Part shown: positions 20,393-28,551 of the stretch, piece after piece
Numbering within the stretch: position 1 is the stretch's first letter
Layout: each line of letters starts with the position of its first letter
Source: Pseudomonadales bacterium
GTDB taxonomy: Bacteria; Patescibacteriota; Microgenomatia; UBA1400; PJMF01
Assembly: GCA_020632265.1 (NCBI GenBank)
Contig: JACKFW010000001.1
Coordinates: forward strand, 727,272 to 791,271
DNA: 64,000 nt
Direction: 5' to 3'
Program-made: the position numbers and the translations under genes
Notes under the pieces: generated by a model
Databases searched by the model: none
Seen by the model: the letters and a program-made list of their open reading frames with translations, nothing else
Told to the model about the DNA's origin: nothing

Positions 20393-21505
20393 ATGAAATT
20401 AAAACTCTTACAAGAAAATTTAAATCAGTCTTTGAATAATTTGCAAAAAGCCATTCCTAATAAACCTCAATTACCAATTTTATCTTCAATTCTAATTGAA
20501 GCAGAAGGAAATGAATGTGTTATCTCGGCAACAGATTTATATTTTGGTGTAAGATCTAATGTTAAATCAGATATTGAGAAGAGTGGAAAAATAGTTGTAC
20601 CTGGAAAGCAATTTAAAGAAATAATATCTTCTTTAAATCCAGGAATTTTAACTTTAGAATTGTTAAAAAATAGTTTCAATATTTTGTCAGACAAAACAAA
20701 AACTTCTTTGTCATATCAGGTCAGTGATGAATATCCTCCTTTTCCTCTTATCAAGGGAGAAGAGTTTCGAATTTCCGCAGATCATCTAGAAAAAATTGAA
20801 AAGTTTGTGTCTTTTAGCGCATCTTCAGATCAAGCACGTCCAGTTTTAACAGCTATTTTATTTAAATTTTCCAGAAGAGGGTTTGAAGTTGTTAGTACAG
20901 ATGGATTTAGATTATCAGTTTTGCTTTTAGATGAATCAAAAATATATGAAGAAGAAAAAACCTTTTTAATTCCCGCTTTGTCATTATCTGAAGTTTATAG
21001 AATTATGACAAAAATGGATGAAAAGGAAGTTTCATTTAAAATATCTCATGAACTAAAACAAATCTTCTTTTCAATTGAGGGAGTAACTATTTTTGTACGC
21101 CTTATAGATGGTAATTATCCTCCTTACGATAAAATTATTCCTCAAGAATTTAATACAGAAATTATTTTTGATGCAGAAGAATTATTGGAAAATCTTAAAA
21201 GAGCAATGATTTTTGCAAGAGAATCTTCTAATATTGTTAAATTTATTATTAATGATAAAACTGTTGAAATACACTCTTCATCTCCATCTTTTGGCAACTT
21301 TAAAGGCGTTCTACAAAATGCTGTGATTAAAGGTGTTCAAGGAGAAATTGCTTTTAATATTAAATATCTAATTGACTATCTTACTGCGACAAAAGCAACA
21401 GAACATTGGTTTGGTATGAGTGAAAGTCTTAAACCAGCTCTTTTCAAACCAGAAAAAAATGGAAATTATAGCTATATTATTATGCCTTTCAAGGTAAATA
21501 ATTAA
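20393..21505 (+). CDS. dnaN: DNA polymerase III beta sliding clamp
   Basis: 370 aa. The N-terminus MKLKLLQENLNQSLNNLQKAIPNKPQLPILSSILIEA is typical of DnaN. Position immediately after dnaA. Confidence 0.9.
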   Translation: MKLKLLQENLNQSLNNLQKAIPNKPQLPILSSILIEAEGNECVISATDLYFGVRSNVKSDIEKSGKIVVPGKQFKEIISSLNPGILTLELLKNSFNILSDKTKTSLSYQVSDEYPPFPLIKGEEFRISADHLEKIEKFVSFSASSDQARPVLTAILFKFSRRGFEVVSTDGFRLSVLLLDESKIYEEEKTFLIPALSLSEVYRIMTKMDEKEVSFKISHELKQIFFSIEGVTIFVRLIDGNYPPYDKIIPQEFNTEIIFDAEELLENLKRAMIFARESSNIVKFIINDKTVEIHSSSPSFGNFKGVLQNAVIKGVQGEIAFNIKYLIDYLTATKATEHWFGMSESLKPALFKPEKNGNYSYIIMPFKVNN

Positions 21506-21559
21506 TTTTTAAATATTTACTATATTAATCAAAAATTCTTCTGGTATAATATCATCCTT

Positions 21560-21706
21560 ATGAAAAGAACATGGAATCCAAAAAAACATAAAAGAATGAA
21601 AAAACATGGGTTTTTAAAAAGGCTTCAAAGCCTTGGTGGTTTAAAAATTCTTAAAAGAAGAAGAGCCAAAGGAAGAAAGACTCTTGCTGTATTAAAGAAA
21701 AAATAA
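21560..21706 (+). CDS. rpmH: 50S ribosomal protein L34
   Basis: 48-aa ORF below the ORF-track size cut: [48 protein letters not shown], matching the L34 consensus. A TATAAT hexamer lies at 21545-21550 just upstream. Confidence 0.9.
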   Translation: MKRTWNPKKHKRMKKHGFLKRLQSLGGLKILKRRRAKGRKTLAVLKKK

Positions 21707-21715
21707 GGTTTGTAA

Positions 21716-22069
21716 ATGTTGCCTAAATCACTTAAATTAGATTTGAGAAGTGACAAATCATTTTTTTTCAATTGTAAAAAAAAACACTCAAGATATTTTA
21801 GCTTATTTTACAAAAAAAATAATGAACTTGGTCTTAAAATTGCTATAATTGTTCCAAAAAAACTTGTGAATTTAGCAACAAAAAGAAACAAAATTAAGAG
21901 AATTTTTAGTTCTTCTATAAACTTAATATTAGAAGATAAAAATATTAAATTAGAATTATTCAAAAAAAGTCTTGATTTAGCTCTTGTAGTGAACAAAGGC
22001 GGTCTTGAAATACAAAAAGTAAAATTAGCAGAAATAATTAAAGGTAGCTTAATTGAAATTGAGATATAA
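21716..22069 (+). CDS. rnpA: Ribonuclease P protein component
   Basis: 117 aa, basic, with the RNR-like motif ATKRNKIKR. Conserved rpmH-rnpA order. Confidence 0.85.
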   Translation: MLPKSLKLDLRSDKSFFFNCKKKHSRYFSLFYKKNNELGLKIAIIVPKKLVNLATKRNKIKRIFSSSINLILEDKNIKLELFKKSLDLALVVNKGGLEIQKVKLAEIIKGSLIEIEI

Positions 22070-22256
22070 AATACTTTTAGCAATTTATCAATTTTTTCGT
22101 TCATTAAGATATAATATTTTACAAAGCACTTTTGGAATTACAGTTCATTGTAAACACACTCCCACCTGCGGGACTTATACATTTAAACAAATAGAGAAAA
22201 ATGGCTTAATTATTGGTATTATTAAGAGCTTAAAGCGAGTTTTAACTTGCTGGTAA
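22053..22256 (+). CDS. yidD: Membrane protein insertion efficiency factor YidD
   Basis: 67 aa with the CxxxPTCxxY motif (CKHTPTCGTY). Overlaps the rnpA end and precedes yidC. Confidence 0.85.
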   Translation: MKLRYKILLAIYQFFRSLRYNILQSTFGITVHCKHTPTCGTYTFKQIEKNGLIIGIIKSLKRVLTCW

Positions 22257-22283
22257 AATATTGAAATTAAATTTAAAGGATTT

Positions 22284-23054
22284 ATGAGTTTTATTACAGA
22301 GATTTTTAACAATTTTTTAGTGTTTTTAATTGGAACTACCGGAAGTCTTGGACTCTCAATCATTATTTTTACTTTTTTGATTAGAAGCGCTTTGATTCCT
22401 ATAACTCTTCCCTCTCTCAAGGCTACTGGGAAAATGAGAGATCTTCAGCCAAAAATTAAAGACCTTCAAAAAAAGCACGGCAAAGATAAACAAGCTTTAC
22501 AAAAAGCTCAAATGGAACTTTATAAAAAATATAATATCAATCCCCTAGCAGGATGCATTCCTCAGCTTGCTCAGCTAGGTGTGTTAATTATTTTATATAG
22601 AGTTTTAATTAATTTTTTAAACGCTCCAACTATTAACGGAATAACAATTGATCCATACTTTTTATGGTTAAATTTAAGTGTTCCTGATTCAAAATATATT
22701 TTGCCCGTATTGGCTGCTTTTACTCAACTCATTTTATCTTTGATGATATCACCTGGAGCTGAAATTCCAGATATAGTGCCAAATAAAAGCAAAAACAAAA
22801 AAGTTATTCTTGAGAATAAAAAAGAAGAAAACACTGCGGATATGGCCCAATCAATGCAACAACAAATGATGTTTATTATGCCAGTAATGACAGGGTTTAT
22901 TGCTTTAGGATTTCCGTCTGGTCTAGCTCTATATTGGGTGGCAACAACAATATTTAGCATTGGTCAACAATGGTATGTCTCTGGACCAGGAGGACTATTA
23001 ATTTATTATAAAAGAGCCTTGTCTTTCGTATCAAAAAATAAAAAGGAAACATGA
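22284..23054 (+). CDS. yidC: Membrane protein insertase YidC (short, monoderm-type)
   Basis: 256 aa, 5 TM. Conserved region ...ALIPITLPSLKATGKMRDLQPKIKDLQKKHG...YKKYNINPLAGCIPQLAQLGVLIILYRVL. Confidence 0.85.
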   Translation: MSFITEIFNNFLVFLIGTTGSLGLSIIIFTFLIRSALIPITLPSLKATGKMRDLQPKIKDLQKKHGKDKQALQKAQMELYKKYNINPLAGCIPQLAQLGVLIILYRVLINFLNAPTINGITIDPYFLWLNLSVPDSKYILPVLAAFTQLILSLMISPGAEIPDIVPNKSKNKKVILENKKEENTADMAQSMQQQMMFIMPVMTGFIALGFPSGLALYWVATTIFSIGQQWYVSGPGGLLIYYKRALSFVSKNKKET

Positions 23055-23512
23055 AATTAAAAACATTTTTAGTTCAACTATGTGAACACTGTGGCTTATC
23101 TGAAGATGATCTGGAAATAGATTTAAAAGAAAATGATCAGGGAGTTATTGTAAATTTAAACGTTCCTGAAGAAGACTCGGGAATTTTTATTGGTCATCAC
23201 GGAGACTCAATTGATTCAATTCAAAGAATTCTTAGAATAGTTTTTCAAGAAGAATATGAAAACAAAAGATTAATATTAAACATTAATAATTACAGAGAAA
23301 AAAGAGAAGATAGATTAAAAGATTTAACTTATTCTGTTGCGAACAAAGTTTTAGATACTGGCTCAAAACATGTTTTTGATTCGTTTTTGCCAGCTCACGA
23401 AAGATATATTATTCACTCAACTCTTTCTGAAGAGAGTGAGTTTAAAGATTTAGAAAGTGTTTCGGAGGGAATTGGCAGAAACAGAAAATTAATTATTCGT
23501 TTAAAAGACTAA
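23051..23512 (+). CDS. jag: Jag/KhpB-like RNA-binding protein (KH + R3H domains)
   Basis: 153 aa with a KH-like GIFIGHHGDSIDSIQRILRIV and a C-terminal R3H-like HERYIIHSTL. The stop/start overlaps yidC, the canonical yidC-jag arrangement. Confidence 0.8.
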   Translation: MKLKTFLVQLCEHCGLSEDDLEIDLKENDQGVIVNLNVPEEDSGIFIGHHGDSIDSIQRILRIVFQEEYENKRLILNINNYREKREDRLKDLTYSVANKVLDTGSKHVFDSFLPAHERYIIHSTLSEESEFKDLESVSEGIGRNRKLIIRLKD

Positions 23513-23579
23513 TAAAATATTAATTTAAAAAAATAATACAAGAATGATTTGATAAAGATAATTTTGAATAGGCTAGTTT

Positions 23580-24023
23580 ATGAACTTAAAGATATTTACT
23601 GACGGTGGTTCAAGAGGTAATCCTGGAAATGCTGGGATTGGAGTTGTAGTTTATCAAGTAGAAGATGAAACTGATTTTAATGATATTTTTAATTTTAAAA
23701 CAAAGTATGAATTTTCAGGATTTATTGGAACCGCGACCAATAACGAAGCAGAATATAAAGCTCTTTTAAAAGCAATTGAATGGCTTTCTTCTAACAGCGA
23801 AGGCGTAAAGTCCGTAGATTTCTATCTTGATTCCAAACTCGTTGTTGAGCAAATAAATAAAAATTGGAAAATTAAAGAAGAAAGACTAAAAAAATTTGCA
23901 GTCGAAATATGGACAAATGTCTCAAAATTTAACTTTGATATTAAATTTATCCACGTAAGAAGAGAGAAAAATAAAGAGGCTGATAAATTGGTCAACCAGG
24001 CTTTAGATGCCCACCAACCTTAA
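23580..24023 (+). CDS. rnhA: Ribonuclease HI
   Basis: 147 aa. The N-terminal IFTDGGSRGNPGNAGIGVVV, then TNNEAEYKALLKAIEW and DSKLVVEQI, match RNase H fold catalytic regions. Confidence 0.8.
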   Translation: MNLKIFTDGGSRGNPGNAGIGVVVYQVEDETDFNDIFNFKTKYEFSGFIGTATNNEAEYKALLKAIEWLSSNSEGVKSVDFYLDSKLVVEQINKNWKIKEERLKKFAVEIWTNVSKFNFDIKFIHVRREKNKEADKLVNQALDAHQP

Positions 24024-24066
24024 ACTCCTCTTTAATATAAATCTTAATTTTTCTACAATTGAATAG

Positions 24067-27000
24067 ATGTCACAATTAGAAACTCACTTTTTAGCTGAGG
24101 ATCCTTCTATTGTTTTAATAGCAAACAATACGGTTCTGCGAAGTTATGTTGTAAAAATGTTGCAACATCAAAGTCTTCAAGTAATTATCATAGACTTTGA
24201 TAAATTATTTACTGGGGATTACGATCTAAAAATTCTCGAAAATGCATATAAAATTGTTTGGCTTTATGAAAGCAAGGAAGATAGCTATGATAATTATCTT
24301 AATGTTCTAAGTATACTTAAAGAAATTAATACTCCGACGATTGTTATCTCAAATATTATTGTAAATATTAAAAATTTTAACAGCGATTTGCTTGAAAACT
24401 GGAGAATTAGATCTGAAAAACAGTTACAATTTATTGTTGACTGTAATTATTATTTACCCAAAGCAAGTTTTATATTTGTTCAAGATTTAATTATTAATGA
24501 TGAGCTTGGAACAAGCTTAGAATTTATTGTTGAAAACATTAATCAAGGAATATTAGTGAATCCAAACATTAATTTGAGTTTTGTTGAGGTAGACGCTTTT
24601 TTAGAAAAGCTGAAAAAACTACTTTTTGTACCCGGAAAACAAAGTAGTGTGTTAATAAAAGGTGAGATTTCTGATAGTTCTCAAATAATTGATTTATTAA
24701 AAAAAATCTATGATGCATATCATAATGTTAATACAGAAATTATCTCTGATATTGTTGATGTTTTAGAACCAATCCCCTTCTCTACCAAGATAGAACTGGT
24801 CAAGTTTAATTTGAGAAGTATTGCAACAAAAATAGTCAAAAATTTAAAGACTCCTCAATTAATTGAAGAAAAACTTAATATTGAAAAGCCGGAATTAAAA
24901 ACGACGTCGTTTAGCGATCACGATGTTAATAATTTTAACAATAAATATTCGTCTGATTATGATGTCGGGGCTAGGCCGCTTGGAGAGATTGTAGACAATT
25001 CTACTTTGTCAGTGCCCACCACAATCAAGGTTTCGAGCGTTTCTTTCCCAGCGCCCACGGCGATTAAGGATACAAACGATGTCCCAGCGCCTACGGCGAT
25101 TAAGACCTCAAATACTTCTGTCCCCTTAACAAATTATATATCTTCAGAGCCTTCGGCCATCAAAGTTGAAAAAGCAAACCAACAGATTGACGTAAATAAT
25201 GAAATTCAGCGCATTTTCCAGACAAGTAGAACCGATGTGAAAGTTAACAGAATTAGAAAAATTGCAAAAACAACAACAAAAATAACAAAAAAATCATTGA
25301 GAAAAAGACTTTTATTTATCGGAGGAATTGGAATTACTGGAGCGGCAATTGGAGTGCTAGTTTTGGCATTGATTTTTGTTGTTTCTCAATCCATTTTAAA
25401 GAAAGAATTGTTGTCTTTGGTTTTAAAAGGTGGAATAAGCGAACATAGTATTATTGTTGAAAAAAACAATCTTGGTAAGATCTCTAATTTTGTGGGCATA
25501 CAAGCCGATGCCTATGGATCAATTATTGACAGCAATTTAATCTCTCAGGCCACTTCAATGGTGAGAATCAGCGAAGATGTTCAAGTTATGCCACAAGTAT
25601 TGCTGGAAGCCAATGAAGCGTCTAAAAACCTCTTTTTACAGGTACTTGCTGGCAATTCTGGCAAAACAACTGAATTAGCCGAAATATTAGACGATAAAAT
25701 CCGTCTAGCATATGAAAAACTTTCAAACATTCAAGCTAGTCTAGAACAAGTTGATTTTAATGTAGATTCAGCAGAAATTAGTTCGGTGGTAAAGGAATAT
25801 GAGAGTGAATTGGTAAAACTAAGGTCTGGAATGGCAATTCAACAACAGCTTCATCCAATAATATCCTCTCTAACAGGAGAAGAATCTAAAAAAACCTATG
25901 CAATAATTTTGCAAAACAACCAAGAGTTAAGGCCAACTGGAGGCTTTATTCAAGCCATAGCATTATTAAATTTTGATCAAGGCACACTTGTCTCTCATGA
26001 GGTTTATAGTGTTTATGACTTAGATAAAAATTTGCCCGGAGAGATCATTCCTCCAGAAGATATAAAAAAGTATCTTGGAGAAGAAAAATGGTATTTAAGA
26101 GACAGCAATTGGAGCCCCGATTTTCCAACAGTGAGCAAACAAGTAGAGTGGTTTTTGAATAAAAGTTTAGGAATAAATGTTGACGGAGTTATTGCTTTAA
26201 ACTTGTTTTCAGTTAAAGACATTCTTGAGGCCACAGGCCCAATTGATTTGCCTGAGTATAATGAGGTTTTAACTTATAAAAATTTACTTGAAAGAATGGA
26301 GTTTCACTCGGAGGTTGTTCTAGTAAACTCACCAGAATCAATAGATTATTCTGTCACAATATTCAAAAAACTAATTAACAAAATTATTACTATTGATAGA
26401 GACAATGTATCTCCTCTTCTCTCTGCAATTCATGATTCTTTGGACGAAAATCAATTATTGATTTCTGTTTTTGAGGAAAGTGATCAATTGGTGCTACATA
26501 GCTTGGGTTGGACTGGAAGCTTGGTTGAACCTCAGTGCCCTACTCGACTCAGTGTTGTAGATTGTCGCGTTGATGTTATGGCTCAAGTGGAAGCTAACAT
26601 TGGTGTTAACAAAGCAAATTATTATCTTGACAGAGAAATCAATCATAAAGTGATAATCGATCGAGAAAAAGCCACTCATAGCAGGAACATAACTTTTACA
26701 AATAATGCCAAATCAAATTCTTGGCCAAAAGGAACGTATAAGTCTTATCAAAGATTTTATATTGATAAAAAGGCAATTTTAGATCAGGTGTTAATTAATG
26801 GCTCTGCTTTAATAGATGAACAAATTGCTATTAAGGACTACGGAGATTTTAAGGAAGTTGGTATTAGAGTTGACGTTCCAATTCAAAAACAAGTCGTTGT
26901 AGAGTTAAAATATTCAACTCCTCTGGATACAACTGGTAATTTTTCTTATGTATTTTTTAATCAGAGACAGCCTGGAACATTTGGAGATCCAATGACCGTG

Positions 27001-27123
27001 ACTTTTGAACATTCGGCTGATATTAAGCCGGTTTTAATTGCGCCGGCAGCAGAGGTGTTCGGTAAAATTATTACTTTTTCATCAGCTCATGACAGTTCAT
27101 TATTTGGTGTTGAATTTGAATAA
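24067..27123 (+). CDS. Large membrane-anchored hypothetical protein (1018 aa) with short VPAPTAIK repeats; possibly DUF4012-like
   Basis: Single TM near residue 430 (LLFIGGIGITGAAIGVLVLALIFVV). Repeats read FPAPTAIKDTNDVPAPTAIKTSNTSVP. The motif ELRPTGGFIQAIALLNFDQG is recalled as DUF4012-like, unconfirmed. Confidence 0.5.
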   Translation: MSQLETHFLAEDPSIVLIANNTVLRSYVVKMLQHQSLQVIIIDFDKLFTGDYDLKILENAYKIVWLYESKEDSYDNYLNVLSILKEINTPTIVISNIIVNIKNFNSDLLENWRIRSEKQLQFIVDCNYYLPKASFIFVQDLIINDELGTSLEFIVENINQGILVNPNINLSFVEVDAFLEKLKKLLFVPGKQSSVLIKGEISDSSQIIDLLKKIYDAYHNVNTEIISDIVDVLEPIPFSTKIELVKFNLRSIATKIVKNLKTPQLIEEKLNIEKPELKTTSFSDHDVNNFNNKYSSDYDVGARPLGEIVDNSTLSVPTTIKVSSVSFPAPTAIKDTNDVPAPTAIKTSNTSVPLTNYISSEPSAIKVEKANQQIDVNNEIQRIFQTSRTDVKVNRIRKIAKTTTKITKKSLRKRLLFIGGIGITGAAIGVLVLALIFVVSQSILKKELLSLVLKGGISEHSIIVEKNNLGKISNFVGIQADAYGSIIDSNLISQATSMVRISEDVQVMPQVLLEANEASKNLFLQVLAGNSGKTTELAEILDDKIRLAYEKLSNIQASLEQVDFNVDSAEISSVVKEYESELVKLRSGMAIQQQLHPIISSLTGEESKKTYAIILQNNQELRPTGGFIQAIALLNFDQGTLVSHEVYSVYDLDKNLPGEIIPPEDIKKYLGEEKWYLRDSNWSPDFPTVSKQVEWFLNKSLGINVDGVIALNLFSVKDILEATGPIDLPEYNEVLTYKNLLERMEFHSEVVLVNSPESIDYSVTIFKKLINKIITIDRDNVSPLLSAIHDSLDENQLLISVFEESDQLVLHSLGWTGSLVEPQCPTRLSVVDCRVDVMAQVEANIGVNKANYYLDREINHKVIIDREKATHSRNITFTNNAKSNSWPKGTYKSYQRFYIDKKAILDQVLINGSALIDEQIAIKDYGDFKEVGIRVDVPIQKQVVVELKYSTPLDTTGNFSYVFFNQRQPGTFGDPMTVTFEHSADIKPVLIAPAAEVFGKIITFSSAHDSSLFGVEFE

Positions 27124-27306
27124 TATATAGATAAGTCTTGATATATCAATGTTTATTTTTATTTGTGATTTTAAAAAATTACATCAAGATTTGCATATTC
27201 TCCTCAAGGGCTCTATACTAATCATTCAATATTTTAAAATTTGCATACAAATGTTATTTTTGCAAATTAATAATAGCTAAAAATTAACAGAAAGTACATC
27301 AAACCT

Positions 27307-28023
27307 ATGACAAACACATCTGATAAAATCGTGTTTCACGTCTCTACAAGGCATAAGCTGGGAACAGGCAATGTTTCACGGCTCAGAAAAGAGGGTAAGA
27401 TACCCGGAAACATTTATGGTTTAAAAGAGAAGTCTCAATCAATAGTTGTCGATTATAAAGGCTTAAAAAAACTTTATGAAGATCAAGGTGATACGGGACT
27501 AATATTTCTTCAGATTGATGATGAAAAAAAACAAACTCCGGTGTTAATTCACGAGGTTGAACATGTAAAGATAGGTGAGGGAATTTTACATGTTTCCTTC
27601 AAGAGAGTTAATCTTAATGTCAAAATTGAAGCTGAGATTCCGGTCGAAATGATTGGAGAAACCAAAATCGATGACGCAACTGTCTCAATGGTCAAGGATT
27701 CGGTGCTTGTTGAAGCACTTCCTGCAGATTTACCAGATAACTTTGAAGTTGACATCTCAGTTCTTACAGAAGTTGGACAAAGTATTTCATTGGCAGATTT
27801 AGTTTTTGATAAGTCTAAAGTAACTTTAGTTCTTGGTGAAGACGAAGATCTGTCTGAGGTCTTGCTTGTCAATGTACAAGCAATTAAGGAAGAGGTTGAG
27901 GAAGAAGTACCTACCGAATCCGAAGTTAATGTAGGATCTGGAGAAGCTGAAACAATTGATAAAACTGAAGATAATAATTCTAGCAAGGAAGACGCTGAGA
28001 ACAGTGACAAAAAATCAGAATAA
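27307..28023 (+). CDS. rplY: 50S ribosomal protein L25 / general stress protein Ctc
   Basis: N-terminal ...SRLRKEGKIPGNIYG, and C-terminal beta-domain motifs VEHVKIGEGILHVSFKRVNLNVKIEAEIPVEMIGE and LPDNFEVDISVLTEVGQSISLADL. The acidic tail is typical of Ctc-form L25. Confidence 0.88.
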   Translation: MTNTSDKIVFHVSTRHKLGTGNVSRLRKEGKIPGNIYGLKEKSQSIVVDYKGLKKLYEDQGDTGLIFLQIDDEKKQTPVLIHEVEHVKIGEGILHVSFKRVNLNVKIEAEIPVEMIGETKIDDATVSMVKDSVLVEALPADLPDNFEVDISVLTEVGQSISLADLVFDKSKVTLVLGEDEDLSEVLLVNVQAIKEEVEEEVPTESEVNVGSGEAETIDKTEDNNSSKEDAENSDKKSE

Positions 28024-28063
28024 ATAAAGTACAATTTTTAGCTTGAATCTTGGAGTAATATCT

Positions 28064-28100
28064 GTAAAAACCTCGAATAAAATCGAGGTTTTTTATTTTT
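28064..28100. terminator. Bidirectional intrinsic terminator
   Basis: An A-run, then stem cctcga (28071-28076), loop ataaaa, stem tcgagg (28083-28088), then a T-run. It lies between convergent rplY (+) and a minus-strand ORF. Confidence 0.6.
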
Positions 28101-28551
28101 GAAATAGGGGATTGTTGGGGTCAATTAATTTGGCTTTTTCCCACAATAAGTTAGCTTCATCATTTTCGTTTAAAAGTCTTTTTAGGTTTGATAAATTTAT
28201 TAGAGCATCTCTCGAGTGAGGTTGTTTTTTTACCACATCTTCCCAAAACTCAACTTCTGTTTGTATTTCCTCAAATGTTTTCTGAGATTTTATGTACAAA
28301 TCTGATCTGCTGGGACTGTACTCGACATTATTTTCCGGAGTAATTTTTGAGATTTTTTTAATATTTATATACAAAAGAAGCAAGCTTAGTATTAAGAATA
28401 ATAAAAAAATTCCAACTAAAACTAGTTTTCCTTTTTTTGCTTGAAGCAAAATTAGTTTAAAGGAAAATAATGACAAATAATAAAGTAGCTTAAGTTTAAA
28501 GATAAATAACTTCATTAGTTTATGATACTGGAGTAGGCCAGTCAGAGACAA
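28093..28551 (-). CDS. Small membrane protein with a TPR-like C-terminal segment (hypothetical)
   Basis: 152-aa ORF with two TM helices. Its 5' end overlaps the valS 3' end by about 30 nt. Low information. Confidence 0.4.
   Translation of the reverse strand: MSLTGLLQYHKLMKLFIFKLKLLYYLSLFSFKLILLQAKKGKLVLVGIFLLFLILSLLLLYINIKKISKITPENNVEYSPSRSDLYIKSQKTFEEIQTEVEFWEDVVKKQPHSRDALINLSNLKRLLNENDEANLLWEKAKLIDPNNPLFQK

Noticed and set aside
21808-22420. Minus-strand ORFs 21808..22104 and 22175..22420 overlapping rnpA/yidD/yidC
   Set aside because: The conserved rpmH-rnpA-yidD-yidC operon occupies the plus strand here, with recognisable motifs. The minus ORFs are AT-rich frame artefacts.
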